A DNA stretch of 26,113 nt from Vulcanimicrobiota bacterium (GTDB lineage Bacteria; Vulcanimicrobiota; Vulcanimicrobiia; Vulcanimicrobiales; Vulcanimicrobiaceae), in NCBI GenBank assembly GCA_003167055.1, contig PMUE01000097.1:1-26113 (forward strand), written 5' to 3'. Shown one piece after another: positions 6,663 through 16,330 of the stretch. Made by a program: the position numbers and the translations under genes. Position 1 is the first letter of the stretch; the number at the start of each line of letters is the position of its first letter. Below the pieces are notes generated by a model, which was not told the origin of the DNA, made no database searches, and saw only the letters and a list, made by a program, of their open reading frames with translations.

Positions 6663-9214
6663 TCGAGACGGACAAGCTTTAAACGCAGCGCTTTGGCGAT
6701 GGCGCGCGAACGCGAGCCGACCTCGAGTTTCCCCAGGACCCGTTCGACGTGCGTTTCGATCGTGCGCGGACTCACCACTAAACGCTGCGCGATTTCTTTG
6801 TTGCTCAGCCCGTCGACGAGAAGCACCAGGATCTCGCGTTCGCGCGCGGTGAGATCGATGCCGGTGGGCGGCGCTTCGACGAGTTGCTTGGGCAGAATGA
6901 ACGTCGATGCGTAGGCGCGCGCCAAGCGCGCTTCAAAGCGCGGGCCATCGCGGGTGAGAAGCGACAGGGCGGTTTCGAATGCGACGGTGCCTTCGCTTTG
7001 ACCGCGTCGCGCGTTGCCGGCAGCAAGACCGGCGAGTTCGAGTGACACGAGCCCACGACGCGCTTCAAGCAGTGCGTTGAACGGCATGCATGCCGCGAGC
7101 GCCGCATTGCTACGCGCGCGCCCGTCCGCGGCGGCAAGGAATGCCAGCAAATCGTCCGCGTGCGCGAGACCGACCGCGTCATAGGCGTCGATCGGGCGGG
7201 CGCGCGCAACAGCGTCGTTCGCACGCGTGAGAATGCCGGCCGCCGAGGCCGGCGTCGTTAGCAATGCGTAATAAGCCGCTTCCGAAAGCGCAATCGCTTG
7301 CTGTACCGTCGGAATCTCGGGCATGTCGGCTGCCCGCAACGCCAAATCGAGGGCGATCGCGCTATCGTGGCCGAGAAATGCGGCGCGGGCAAGCGCGATT
7401 TCGGCGAATGCGCGTACGCGCGCGGTGTCGCCCGCGTACCAAGCACGTCCGGCGTGTTCGCGCGCCCGGTGAGCGTGACGCACCGCTGCGTCCACGTCGC
7501 CGGCATGGGTCGCAAGCTCGGCGAGGGCAATGTAGAGTGCGGCCTCTTCCGAACGGAGATCGAGCGCCGACGCCAGGCGCGCTGCGTGTTCGGCCGCTTC
7601 GGCCGCGGAATCGATCCGTCCCCACAAGAGCGCCAATCGCGCGAACCACACTAGGGTCAGCGTTTGCAGCACTGCACGGTCGTCGTCTTCGAGCAGACGC
7701 GTCAGTTCGTCGAGCGTGTCCGCGGCAGCGTCGCGCTCGCCGAGCGCGGTCAGTGCATACGCGCGAAGGATCCCGCAGTTGAACCGAGCCGCAACGTCGG
7801 TCATGTCGTCGAGCGGTGTCAACTCGTCGAGCGCGCGTGTGAAATCGAAGGCCATAGCACGAGCCCATCCGCGCAACACGGCCACCGCCGCGACAGCCGA
7901 CGGACCGAGCGGTTCCGCGCGGCGTGCGAGGTCGTCGAGCTCGGCCGCGTCAACATCGATCAAGTGACCAAGATCGTACTCGTACATCTGTGCGCGCGCA
8001 TGAAATGCAATGATCGCGTCGTCTTTCGCGGTCTCGGCAGCACGCGCAAAGGAGCCGCGCGCCTGGTGAGACGCCGTCGCTTTGTCAAGCAAGCCTTCGG
8101 CGTACGAACGCACATCTGCGTCCGGACCGCCGGAATCGATGCGGGCCGCCATCGAGCGCACGCGTGCACGATCGCCGGTAGCGATCGCCGCCTGCGCGTA
8201 GGTGCGCAGAAACGCACCGGCCGTCGCCGCATCGCCGGCGCCGTCGGCATAGTGCAGCGCCGCCGCGTGCTGCCCGCAGCGCGCATGCGCTTCGGCTGCA
8301 CAGCGATGCGCTGCGGTCTCTCCGTTGCGGGCGCGCAACCGCGTTCGCGCCACGTTACGAAGGAGCGGATGAATACGAAAGGAGCCGCGCGTTAACTCGG
8401 CAATGGGTGCGCCGCGTGCGCGCATTTCGGTAACCGCATCCGTGACCCCGGCGAACGCAGCGTGCGTCTCGAGCACGTCGACGTCGACCAGCTGCAGCAC
8501 GCTGAGGTCTTCGAGTACACGCGTGTTGTCGTGACCGAGTTCGTCGAGGATAGCCTTAGCGAAATCGTCCTCGCGCCACCCCGAGAGCGCAAGTGTTGCG
8601 CCGGCGATCCAGCCTTCGGTGAGGCGGCCGATTTCCTCGAGCTCGCCGCTCGTCGGATCCTGTCCGAAGCTTCGCGCTAAAGCGCGCAGCTCGTCGGCAT
8701 CGAGCGCCAGAAAACGGCCGTCGAGCACGCTAACCCGTCTGCCCAGCGAGCTCGCCGGTGCGATGTCGGGTACCGTGCGGCCAAGCACGAGTATGCGCAC
8801 GCCGGCGGGAAGTTCGGCGAGTGCGCTGGTGAGAAATTCGCCAAAAGCTCCGTCACCGTCGAACACGTGCCCGTTGTCGATGACGAGCACGAGTGGGCTA
8901 TCGACGTGCGCCAATTCAGCGGCGAACGAACTCCCGAGGAATGACGGCTGTGCCTGCGCTTCAAACGCGCCGAGCGTCATGCGTCCGAAGTCCTGGCGCA
9001 CCGTGCGTACCGCGTCGACGAGCTCGCGTACAAACGCCGCGCGATGCCAGGGGCGCGCATCGAACCACGCGGCATTGGGAGCGTTCCCAAACGCAAGCGT
9101 CGCCGCGGCGCTCTTCCCCGCGCCCATTGGTGCATGCACGAGCGTAAGCGATGCGCGCTCCACCGACTCGAGTAATTGTTGCTCGACGCGTGGACGTGGA
9201 ATGAGTTCTACCAG
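6659..9214 (-). CDS. MalT-like large ATP-binding LuxR-family transcriptional regulator
   Basis: N-terminal LIPRPR, Walker A GAGKS, Walker B-like LVLVIDN, an Ala-rich helical middle and a C-terminal LuxR HTH (LTAREREILVLLVDGLSNKEIAQRLVVSPRTIETHVERVLGKL). Start uncertain; CTG 9214 proposed. Confidence 0.88.
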   Translation of the reverse strand: MVELIPRPRVEQQLLESVERASLTLVHAPMGAGKSAAATLAFGNAPNAAWFDARPWHRAAFVRELVDAVRTVRQDFGRMTLGAFEAQAQPSFLGSSFAAELAHVDSPLVLVIDNGHVFDGDGAFGEFLTSALAELPAGVRILVLGRTVPDIAPASSLGRRVSVLDGRFLALDADELRALARSFGQDPTSGELEEIGRLTEGWIAGATLALSGWREDDFAKAILDELGHDNTRVLEDLSVLQLVDVDVLETHAAFAGVTDAVTEMRARGAPIAELTRGSFRIHPLLRNVARTRLRARNGETAAHRCAAEAHARCGQHAAALHYADGAGDAATAGAFLRTYAQAAIATGDRARVRSMAARIDSGGPDADVRSYAEGLLDKATASHQARGSFARAAETAKDDAIIAFHARAQMYEYDLGHLIDVDAAELDDLARRAEPLGPSAVAAVAVLRGWARAMAFDFTRALDELTPLDDMTDVAARFNCGILRAYALTALGERDAAADTLDELTRLLEDDDRAVLQTLTLVWFARLALLWGRIDSAAEAAEHAARLASALDLRSEEAALYIALAELATHAGDVDAAVRHAHRAREHAGRAWYAGDTARVRAFAEIALARAAFLGHDSAIALDLALRAADMPEIPTVQQAIALSEAAYYALLTTPASAAGILTRANDAVARARPIDAYDAVGLAHADDLLAFLAAADGRARSNAALAACMPFNALLEARRGLVSLELAGLAAGNARRGQSEGTVAFETALSLLTRDGPRFEARLARAYASTFILPKQLVEAPPTGIDLTAREREILVLLVDGLSNKEIAQRLVVSPRTIETHVERVLGKLEVGSRSRAIAKALRLKLVRLD

Positions 9215-9215
9215 G

Positions 9216-9680
9216 CTAGTCCTCGTGCACCGAGCGCGTGGGGAGATGCTGCAGAAGATACACGAGCGCGCGGCGCAGACCTGCGAAGGTCCGCTCAGCG
9301 AGTTTGCGGCCGACCGCTTCGAAGAAGAGCCGCTCGGGAACATCGAGTCCGCACGCGTAGTGTGCATGAACCGACAGAATCAGGAGTGGACCGAAGCGCC
9401 GGAAGGAGATCGTACCGTTCATCGATGGGAGCGGCGCATCGTCGTCATGTGTCCAGGAAAATGCGAGCGCGCCGGGGGCGCAGCCTTCGGGAACAAAACG
9501 AAATCGCGCTTCGATCGGCGCGCCGTACATCCCGCCGCGCAATCGCAGCGCAAATTCGTCGTGTGGGTGTGCGTCTTGGCCGCACGCAGCCAGCGTTTCG
9601 AGCGGATCCATCGTCCCATGCAGGATCCATACCGCGGATTGCAATTCCGCGAGCCCGTCACGTGTGCGCAGCTTTGCCAT
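9216..9680 (-). CDS. Hypothetical protein (possibly SRPBCC/START-like fold)
   Basis: GGAGG RBS 8 nt before ATG 9680. The beta-rich middle plus a C-terminal helix only loosely resembles helix-grip folds. Confidence 0.6.
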   Translation of the reverse strand: MAKLRTRDGLAELQSAVWILHGTMDPLETLAACGQDAHPHDEFALRLRGGMYGAPIEARFRFVPEGCAPGALAFSWTHDDDAPLPSMNGTISFRRFGPLLILSVHAHYACGLDVPERLFFEAVGRKLAERTFAGLRRALVYLLQHLPTRSVHED

Positions 9681-9815
9681 CGGCCCGGCCTCCGTCTACG
9701 GTGCTTCGTGGTCGTTCGCGGCGCTCCCGGCGCTCGATGCCCCAAGCAGGGAGCTCGACGTTTTTGTGTATTGTTTCCATTCACACCGCAACTTTTTCGT
9801 GGAGGCCTTTTTCAT

Positions 9816-10349
9816 ATGGTATCACCACCGAAAATAGCGAACCCGGCCGCGCTGGGACTCGCGGGCTTTGCACTTACGACCTTCTTGCTCTCAGCAAAAA
9901 ACGCGGGATGGCCAGTCGGCGACGCGTTTCTCGGCTTTGCGTTCTTCTACGGCGGCGCGGCACAACTGCTCGCCGGTATGTGGGAGTTCCCGTCTGGGAA
10001 CACCTTTGGCGCGCTGGCATTTAGCTCGTATGGCGCGTTCTGGTTAGGCACCGGATTCTGGGCGATGTTCGTGACACCGAAGAACCCGAACGATCTCGCC
10101 TACATTCTGTTCGCGTGGATGGTCTTCACGCTATACATGACGATCGAAGCGGTCCGTCACACAGCGTTGCCGGTGAAGTTGGTCTTCATCTTCCTGTCGC
10201 TCACGTTCATCCTGCTCTGGGTCGGTGCAGGCTTCGGCGTCCCCTCGATGATCCAATTCGGCGGCTACGCCGGTATCATCACGGCTGCGCTTGCTTTCTA
10301 CGCCTCGTGGAAAGCGGTGCACGACGCGCATCCGTCCCTGCCGGTCTAA
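9816..10349 (+). CDS. satP: Acetate/succinate uptake transporter, GPR1/FUN34/YaaH (SatP) family
   Basis: ANPAALGLAGF, FYGGAAQLLAG, NTFGALAFSSYGAFW and six TM segments. GGAGG RBS before ATG 9816; this is the tail of the 576-aa ORF in the track. Confidence 0.9.
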   Translation: MVSPPKIANPAALGLAGFALTTFLLSAKNAGWPVGDAFLGFAFFYGGAAQLLAGMWEFPSGNTFGALAFSSYGAFWLGTGFWAMFVTPKNPNDLAYILFAWMVFTLYMTIEAVRHTALPVKLVFIFLSLTFILLWVGAGFGVPSMIQFGGYAGIITAALAFYASWKAVHDAHPSLPV

Positions 10350-10738
10350 GGTGGCGGCGGCGGTGAGGTTTCCGGCTCCGCAGTAAACACGTACTGCTTG
10401 GCCTCCGGGCCAAGCGGCGCGCCGAGTCCGGTGATCGATCCGTCGCTCTGCACTTTTCCTTGTATATGGACACCGCCAAGGGTCGCGATATCCAACCAGA
10501 TATCCGATCCTTGGCTTCCGCCGTGCACTTGCGTCAGCGTTCCGCCGGTCTGGGCGCGATACGTGCCCTGGACGTAGCCGTTGACGATCCAGATGCGCAG
10601 CTCGCCGGCATAGCCGAACGACTGGAAGCGCGGACGAATGTACGTTTGATAGACGTGCTGCGGTGCGGGCGTCGTTTGCGCAACCACCGCCGGCGCAAGT
10701 TCGGCATGGACAACCGCGAGCAATAGCGCAAGAACCAT
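10346..10738 (-). CDS. Secreted hypothetical protein, beta-rich
   Basis: Signal-peptide-like MVLALLLAVVHAELA, Gly-rich beta strands and a poly-Pro tail. Start could be 10738 or 10756. Confidence 0.7.
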   Translation of the reverse strand: MVLALLLAVVHAELAPAVVAQTTPAPQHVYQTYIRPRFQSFGYAGELRIWIVNGYVQGTYRAQTGGTLTQVHGGSQGSDIWLDIATLGGVHIQGKVQSDGSITGLGAPLGPEAKQYVFTAEPETSPPPPP

Positions 10739-10754
10739 CGTGCCCAATGATAGC

Positions 10755-12011
10755 ATGCGCCTCGCGCGCTTTCCTGAACTCGGCGAGCACTCGGTAGCAC
10801 CGCCTGGGTTGCTCCCCTTTGCCGGCATTGACGATGCCGAACGCGAGTTGACCGCGTTGTGCGCCGGCGGCGCGCCGCCGCACGTATTGGCAATGCTTGG
10901 GAACGTACTGGTGCGGCGCGGGCGCTACCTCGACGCCTTGGAGGCGTACCGCAGCGCCGCCGATCGCGACCCGTCCGACGCGCGCGCGCATTTGGCCTGT
11001 GCCGAAATCGCGCACGTCCTCGACGACACCGCAACCAGCCGCAACTATCGCGCTCGCGCGCTCGCGCTCCAGCGCGTCTATCCCGATCCGATGCCGGTGG
11101 GCGCGCGCACGCCGATACTGCTGTTGCTGCGCGACGCGCCTTATAGCGTCAACACGCCCCTGGAATTGTTGCTCGATCGCTCACGCGTTGCCGTGCACAA
11201 GTACTATCTCGAAGGCAGCGAAGACGTCGCGCTGCCGTCCTACGCCGTCGCCTTCACCGCGTTCGGTGCCGCCGAAGCCGCGCGTACGGCGACAGCGCGC
11301 GCGCGCGCGTTTTTTCCCGAAGCGGCCGCTGCAATCAACGATCCAGCGCGCCTAGCGTACACGACGCGGGAAACGCTTGCGACGACGCTGCAGGGCATCG
11401 ACGGGGTCATGGCCTCCCGTGCAGCCGTCGTCTCGAGAGGCGACGCTGCAACGATTGCGCTACCGGCGGTGGTACGTCCGGTGGATACGCATGCCGGCGA
11501 CGGCTTTGCTCTGGTCGAGACGCGTGAGCTGCTGCAAATGCACCTCGCGCGCTTTCCCGCCGAACGCTACCATACTGCCCGATTCGTCAACTATCAAAGC
11601 CGCGACGGACTCCATCGCAAGTTTCGGGTGATCTTCGTCGACGGCGTTGCCTATCCGTACCATCTCGCAATCGCGCCGCAGTGGATGGTCCACTATCGAA
11701 CCAGCCCGATGCGCCAAAGTGCGGCGCTGCGCGACGAGGAGCGCGCCTTTCTCGAAACGCCTTCGCGCGTGCTGCCGTCATGGGAACGTATTATGCCGCA
11801 GATTGCGTCGGCCGTCGGCCTGGACTACTTCGGTATCGATGCGACGGTGTTGCCCGACGGCCGCCTGTTCGTCTTCGAAGCCGACGCTGCGATGCTGGTG
11901 CACGATGAAGACGCGCGCGATGTCTTTAGCTACAAACGTGAGCACGTCGCGCGCATCCGCGAAGCGTTACATTCCGCTATAGCAAACCGTACACATCGAG
12001 AAACGCGTTGA
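10755..12011 (+). CDS. TPR-repeat protein with C-terminal ATP-grasp-like (RimK/GshB-type) domain
   Basis: TPR-like helices (LGNVLVRRGRYLDALEAYRSA...P...AH) followed by an ATP-grasp-like C-terminus (RKFRVIFVDG, GLDYFGIDATV, FVFEADA). Start uncertain. Confidence 0.78.
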   Translation: MRLARFPELGEHSVAPPGLLPFAGIDDAERELTALCAGGAPPHVLAMLGNVLVRRGRYLDALEAYRSAADRDPSDARAHLACAEIAHVLDDTATSRNYRARALALQRVYPDPMPVGARTPILLLLRDAPYSVNTPLELLLDRSRVAVHKYYLEGSEDVALPSYAVAFTAFGAAEAARTATARARAFFPEAAAAINDPARLAYTTRETLATTLQGIDGVMASRAAVVSRGDAATIALPAVVRPVDTHAGDGFALVETRELLQMHLARFPAERYHTARFVNYQSRDGLHRKFRVIFVDGVAYPYHLAIAPQWMVHYRTSPMRQSAALRDEERAFLETPSRVLPSWERIMPQIASAVGLDYFGIDATVLPDGRLFVFEADAAMLVHDEDARDVFSYKREHVARIREALHSAIANRTHRETR

Positions 12012-12687
12012 CCAGCGCCGTCGCCTGGCGTGAGGCAATCTCGTTATAGCTAGCGCGCGCGTCGCAGAAGAAGCCGTGATCGGCTTGGCTGAACACGACT
12101 TGCTCGTGCGTCGCTTTCCCGGCGGTGAGCGCATCGGCGACGGTGCGATACTGGTCGGGCGGGATATGCGAGTCGAGGCCGCCCCAAAACATCAGGATCG
12201 GCGCGCGTTGCGCCTGTGCAAGCGGAAGAAGATCGGGTACGATGCCGCCCCCATAGAACGAAATCGCTGCGCCGAGTTGGACGCGCGCGTTCGCCATGTA
12301 TGCGACTCGCCCGCCCATACAGAATCCGATCGCGCCAATGCGCGGCGCGTCGATGCTCTGCCCACGCAGCCAATTGTACGCCGCGTCGATGTCCGCGTGC
12401 AGTCCATCGGTGCTAAGCCCGGCCATGTGCGGGCGCACGGCTTCGAAATCAGTGTAGCTGCCTTCGAAGCCCGGGCCCGTGCGGTGAAAGAGTTCAGGGG
12501 CAATCGCCAAGAACCCGAGCGCTGCAAAACGGTTCGTAACGTCGCGCACCCACGCGTTCACACCAAAGGCCTCCTGAAAGACCAACATGCCCGCAGTGGG
12601 CGAACCGGATTTTGGACGCGCGACGTAGGCGCGCATGGTCGTGCCGTCGGCAACATTGAGCTCTACGCGATCGGTAGAAGAGGACAC
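11977..12687 (-). CDS. Dienelactone hydrolase family protein
   Basis: QEAFGVN, APELF, GFCMGG nucleophile motif and HGFFCD. AAGGAG RBS before GTG 12687. Confidence 0.92.
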   Translation of the reverse strand: MSSSTDRVELNVADGTTMRAYVARPKSGSPTAGMLVFQEAFGVNAWVRDVTNRFAALGFLAIAPELFHRTGPGFEGSYTDFEAVRPHMAGLSTDGLHADIDAAYNWLRGQSIDAPRIGAIGFCMGGRVAYMANARVQLGAAISFYGGGIVPDLLPLAQAQRAPILMFWGGLDSHIPPDQYRTVADALTAGKATHEQVVFSQADHGFFCDARASYNEIASRQATALVNAFLDVYGLL

Positions 12688-12717
12688 GGATTCTCCTTTT
12701 CGGTACAAGGGTGCTTG

Positions 12718-13074
12718 ATGAGTGTCGTTCTCGAAATCCACCTGGTACTAGCATTCTTGGTCGCGCTGTGTGCCGTGGTGTTCAGTTGGACGCCGAACGG
12801 CCGGCGCGTGGTCAATGCCGTGGTGGCGTTGCAGTTCGTCGTGGGATTGGTCGTTGCTGCGGTGATGGGGGCGCGTCACATGACGATCCCGCCTGCGGTC
12901 TGGCTGCACCTGCTGATCGCCCTTGGGGTTTTGGCGTGCTACGGCATGGCGATGCGTGCCGGAAAACGGGCGGGCGGCGCGACGCTTGCACTGACGCTCT
13001 CCATCATCGGTATTGGGTTGATCGTGATCAATATCGTGATCGGGTGGCGCCTCACGATGCCGGGAGCGGCGTAG
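12718..13074 (+). CDS. Hypothetical membrane protein (4 TM)
   Basis: Hydrophobic C-terminal 118 aa of the 12076 ORF starting at ATG 12718; its stop is 3 nt before the GerMN start. Confidence 0.72.
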   Translation: MSVVLEIHLVLAFLVALCAVVFSWTPNGRRVVNAVVALQFVVGLVVAAVMGARHMTIPPAVWLHLLIALGVLACYGMAMRAGKRAGGATLALTLSIIGIGLIVINIVIGWRLTMPGAA

Positions 13075-13077
13075 CGC

Positions 13078-13599
13078 GTGAAAACTTTGCGCGTACTCTT
13101 CGCCGTCGTCCTTTTCGCAATCGCCGTGGCAGCGGCGTGGTATTTTCTTCGGCCGCATGAAGCCGGTCCCGCCCAGACGCTAACCGTGTACTATACGAAG
13201 CTGGACGGCACCGCGCTCGGGACATGGGATGTTTCGCTTCGCGTCGCGCAGCCCGGCGAGAGCGCCGCGGAGCGCTTGCACGACGTGGCGACCTATGCCG
13301 CGCTGCAATCGGTGGCAGGACCGCCGGCCGGCATTTCGGCGGTGCGCTTCCCCACCGGCACGCGGGTGCGTGATGTCAGCGTGAACGGCGGTACCGCGCT
13401 TGTCGATCTCAGCGGTGACGTCGCGTCCGCGAACGGCGGGACATTCCAAGAAAACGGCGAGTTCAAAGGTCTGGTGTATACGCTAACGGGAATCCCCTCT
13501 ATCAATGCGGTCCAGATTACGATCGAAGGCCGAACTGTAGAGACCCTTCCGGGGGGACATCTTGAGCTCGACGCACCGCTTCGTCGCTCGGATTGGTAG
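13078..13599 (+). CDS. GerMN-domain protein
   Basis: N-terminal TM anchor, FPTGTRVRDVSV.GGTALVDLS, LVYTLTGIPSINAVQITIEG and PL.R. Confidence 0.88.
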   Translation: MKTLRVLFAVVLFAIAVAAAWYFLRPHEAGPAQTLTVYYTKLDGTALGTWDVSLRVAQPGESAAERLHDVATYAALQSVAGPPAGISAVRFPTGTRVRDVSVNGGTALVDLSGDVASANGGTFQENGEFKGLVYTLTGIPSINAVQITIEGRTVETLPGGHLELDAPLRRSDW

Positions 13600-15535
13600 C
13601 GCGATTGCGATCCTCGTGCTGTTCGCAACAACCGTCGTCCGGGCGGACACGGTCAGTTACGCATTCGAACGCTCGACCCTCACCTTCACACATCTGACAC
13701 GCGCGGCCGGCGGCACGGCAATCGGTATCGACGATCCGACGTTGCGCGCATTGCTGAAATCGCTCGGCGCAACCTTGACCTGGCGCTCAGGCGACCGCAG
13801 CGTGTTGATCGCGACCTCGGCGCCCGATGTCATTAGCTTCGGCGTCGGCGATGCTCAGTACAGCGTCGGAGCGCTCACCGCACAAGCGCACTTCGCGCCA
13901 TACTTGAGCGGTAGCGAGGTCTACCTGCCCTTCGACGATCTGCTGCACGCGCTTGGCGTCGGCGCGCAAGATGGCGTGCTCGAGCGTCTGCTGACCTCGG
14001 TCGACGTGCAAGGCTACGGCATCCAAGCCGTACTCATCGCCCACGGCGGCGGCATCTTGCATCCACAGGTCGTTACCGATAGTCCCGATCGCGTGGTGTA
14101 TGAGTTCGACGGCGTCGGCACGACGCTCGCACCGCAGCGCACGATCAACGCCGGCGGCATTCGTTCGGTCGAAATCACCTCATCGGGCACCGCGCGCGAT
14201 CCGAAGACGCTGCTGACGATCGATCTTGCCCCGGGCACGCGCCACGACGCGCCGCAATCAGGGAGCGGCGAATTCGAAGTGGCCTTCGGCGCAAACGGCA
14301 GCGCGCCGCCGCTGGTCGAGCCGCTGCGCGGTTCGGTTGCGGCTGCGCCGGCTGTTCCACCGCCGGCGCCGAACGAGATGGTGACGGCGTCACCGCTCTC
14401 GTCGCCACCGGCGACCGCCGCCGCGGCGGTTGCCACGGTCAACACGGTAAGCGTTCAAGCCGGCAGCGACGGCGCTCAAAGCGTCGCGATTACGGTGACC
14501 GGCGACGCCACCTACGAGTGGCATCGTTTACGAGCGCCCGACAATCGCTTTTGGATCGATATCAAGAACGCGCAACTTGCCGGCGGCCCGCAAGATCAGG
14601 CCGAGGCCAACCCGCTCATCGCGCTGCGCGTACGACAGATCGATCCGCAAACGGTCCGTATCGCCTTGTCGCTTGCGGGCGATAACGCGCTCGACGTGTC
14701 GCCGTCGACAACCGGCGTGAGCATCGACGTCGGCACGGCGATGGTCGCCGAAACCGCGCCGCGCAGCGGAACCGGAACGATCGGTGCGGTGGTTTCCGCA
14801 AACGAACCGCAGACGCTCGTTACGCCGGTACCGGCCGACGAGTACGGCATGAACGGTACGAGCGGCGACGATCAGGGCGAGTGGAAGTTCGGACCGCGTG
14901 GCTATGTGCCGACCAATCCAAAGTTGATCGTCATCGATCCGGGTCACGGCGGCGGCGATCGTGGTTCGATGCACGGCGACCTGCAGGAAGCGGTACTCAA
15001 TCTCGACATGGCCGAACGCGTGCAGGCGATTCTGATCGCGCGCGGCTGGCAGGTTAAAATGACGCGAAGCACCGATCACGATGTGGACGCGACTCCCGCG
15101 AGCACGCAAGCGGCAATCCGGATCGGCCACGACAATGCCGACGCCTACGCGCTTCAAGCACGCGACGACATCGCCAATCAATCCGGCGCGCGGCTTTTCG
15201 TGAGCATTCACTGCAACGCGTACATCAATAGCGGACCGAACGGCGCGACCGTGTACTACTCCAAGCCCGGCGATCTCGCGCTCGCGCAAATCATGGACCG
15301 GGATATCGCAATGAGCAGCCTGGGCGTCAAGGACGACGGCATCGTCAAGAGTCATCTCTACGTGACCTTGCACGCCAACATGCCGGCGGTCCTGATCGAG
15401 ACCGCGTTCCTCTCCAACCCGTCGGACTACGCAAAACTCGACTCTTCCGCGTGGCGGCAACAGATGGCCGAAGCGATTGCCGACGGCATCGATCGCTATG
15501 CCCAAGCCAACCCGGTCGCGAGCAACAACCAATAG
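13562..15535 (+). CDS. N-acetylmuramoyl-L-alanine amidase (AMIN domains + Amidase_3)
   Basis: IDPGHGG, E..LNL, FVSIHCNA and VLIETAFLSN zinc/catalytic motifs; AMIN-like PDRVVYEF and DNRFWIDI segments; signal peptide. Start uncertain. Confidence 0.9.
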   Translation: MSSTHRFVARIGSAIAILVLFATTVVRADTVSYAFERSTLTFTHLTRAAGGTAIGIDDPTLRALLKSLGATLTWRSGDRSVLIATSAPDVISFGVGDAQYSVGALTAQAHFAPYLSGSEVYLPFDDLLHALGVGAQDGVLERLLTSVDVQGYGIQAVLIAHGGGILHPQVVTDSPDRVVYEFDGVGTTLAPQRTINAGGIRSVEITSSGTARDPKTLLTIDLAPGTRHDAPQSGSGEFEVAFGANGSAPPLVEPLRGSVAAAPAVPPPAPNEMVTASPLSSPPATAAAAVATVNTVSVQAGSDGAQSVAITVTGDATYEWHRLRAPDNRFWIDIKNAQLAGGPQDQAEANPLIALRVRQIDPQTVRIALSLAGDNALDVSPSTTGVSIDVGTAMVAETAPRSGTGTIGAVVSANEPQTLVTPVPADEYGMNGTSGDDQGEWKFGPRGYVPTNPKLIVIDPGHGGGDRGSMHGDLQEAVLNLDMAERVQAILIARGWQVKMTRSTDHDVDATPASTQAAIRIGHDNADAYALQARDDIANQSGARLFVSIHCNAYINSGPNGATVYYSKPGDLALAQIMDRDIAMSSLGVKDDGIVKSHLYVTLHANMPAVLIETAFLSNPSDYAKLDSSAWRQQMAEAIADGIDRYAQANPVASNNQ

Positions 15536-16320
15536 TGATCGGACTCTTCGATTCGGGTCTGGGTGGACTGACCGTTCTTCGACGCGTGCGCGAGCGGTTG
15601 CCCGACGTCGACGTGCTATTTTTCGCCGATCAGGCGCACGTGCCGTATGGCGGCCGCGCAGCCGGCGATCTCTTTGCGTTGTTGCAAAATAATCTGGCGT
15701 GGCTCGATGAGCGCGGCGTCGAGGCGATCGTCATGGCGTGCAACACCTCGTGCGCGATCGCCGATCTCTACGGCTGGCCGCCAACCCAGGCCGAGGTCTT
15801 CGACCTCTTGGATTCAGCGACGATCGAGCTGCAACAGCGCGGTGCCCGCCGCATCGGTGTCGTTGCGACCGCTGCGACCGTGCGCTCAGGCGCGTACGGA
15901 CGGCGCATTCGCAATGCGATCCCGGAGAGTGAAGTGTGGGAAGTGGCCGCGCCGGCGCTCGTACCGCTCGTCGAGGCCGGTGAAATCGAAACGGTGGCCG
16001 CGCGTGACGCGGTCGCGCGCGTCTGTGCCGAGCTGCCGCCGGATCTCGATGCGGTCGTCTACGGCTGCACGCACTATCCGGTGCTCGAGTCTCATTTTCG
16101 CGCGGCGCTCGGCGATCGTGTCGAATTGATCGACCCCGCCTTCGTGCAGGCGGCGCGTCTGGCGGAGTTCTTGCAACTCGACGAAGCGCCGATCGGCTCA
16201 GGCACCACGCGCTACGTCACGAGCGGCGATCCCGAACACTTCCGCCGCAGCGTCGCGGCGATTATGGAAGAACAAACACCCGTCGTGAGTGGCCTGGGCT
16301 ACGCTTCGGATGTGACGTAA
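15535..16320 (+). CDS. murI: Glutamate racemase
   Basis: IGLFDSGLGGLTV, PYG, ACNTS and GCTHYP (both catalytic Cys). GTG 15535 overlaps the amidase TAG. Confidence 0.96.
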   Translation: MIGLFDSGLGGLTVLRRVRERLPDVDVLFFADQAHVPYGGRAAGDLFALLQNNLAWLDERGVEAIVMACNTSCAIADLYGWPPTQAEVFDLLDSATIELQQRGARRIGVVATAATVRSGAYGRRIRNAIPESEVWEVAAPALVPLVEAGEIETVAARDAVARVCAELPPDLDAVVYGCTHYPVLESHFRAALGDRVELIDPAFVQAARLAEFLQLDEAPIGSGTTRYVTSGDPEHFRRSVAAIMEEQTPVVSGLGYASDVT

Positions 16321-16330
16321 GCTTCGAGGC

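Noticed and set aside
9658-9780. 40-aa - strand ORF (METIHKNVELPAWG...)
   Set aside because: Weak RBS, overlaps the better-supported 9680 start, and lies in the probable divergent promoter region.
8619-9815. N-terminal ~400 aa of the 576-aa + strand ORF
   Set aside because: Shadow of the LuxR and hypothetical genes on the - strand; only the part from ATG 9816 (GGAGG RBS) is SatP.
12076-12717. N-terminal part of the 332-aa + strand ORF
   Set aside because: Antisense to the dienelactone hydrolase; only the hydrophobic tail from 12718 looks coding.
13078-13599. GerMN as evidence of sporulation
   Set aside because: GerMN domains occur widely in non-sporulating bacteria, and linkage to an amidase and murI fits ordinary cell-wall metabolism.
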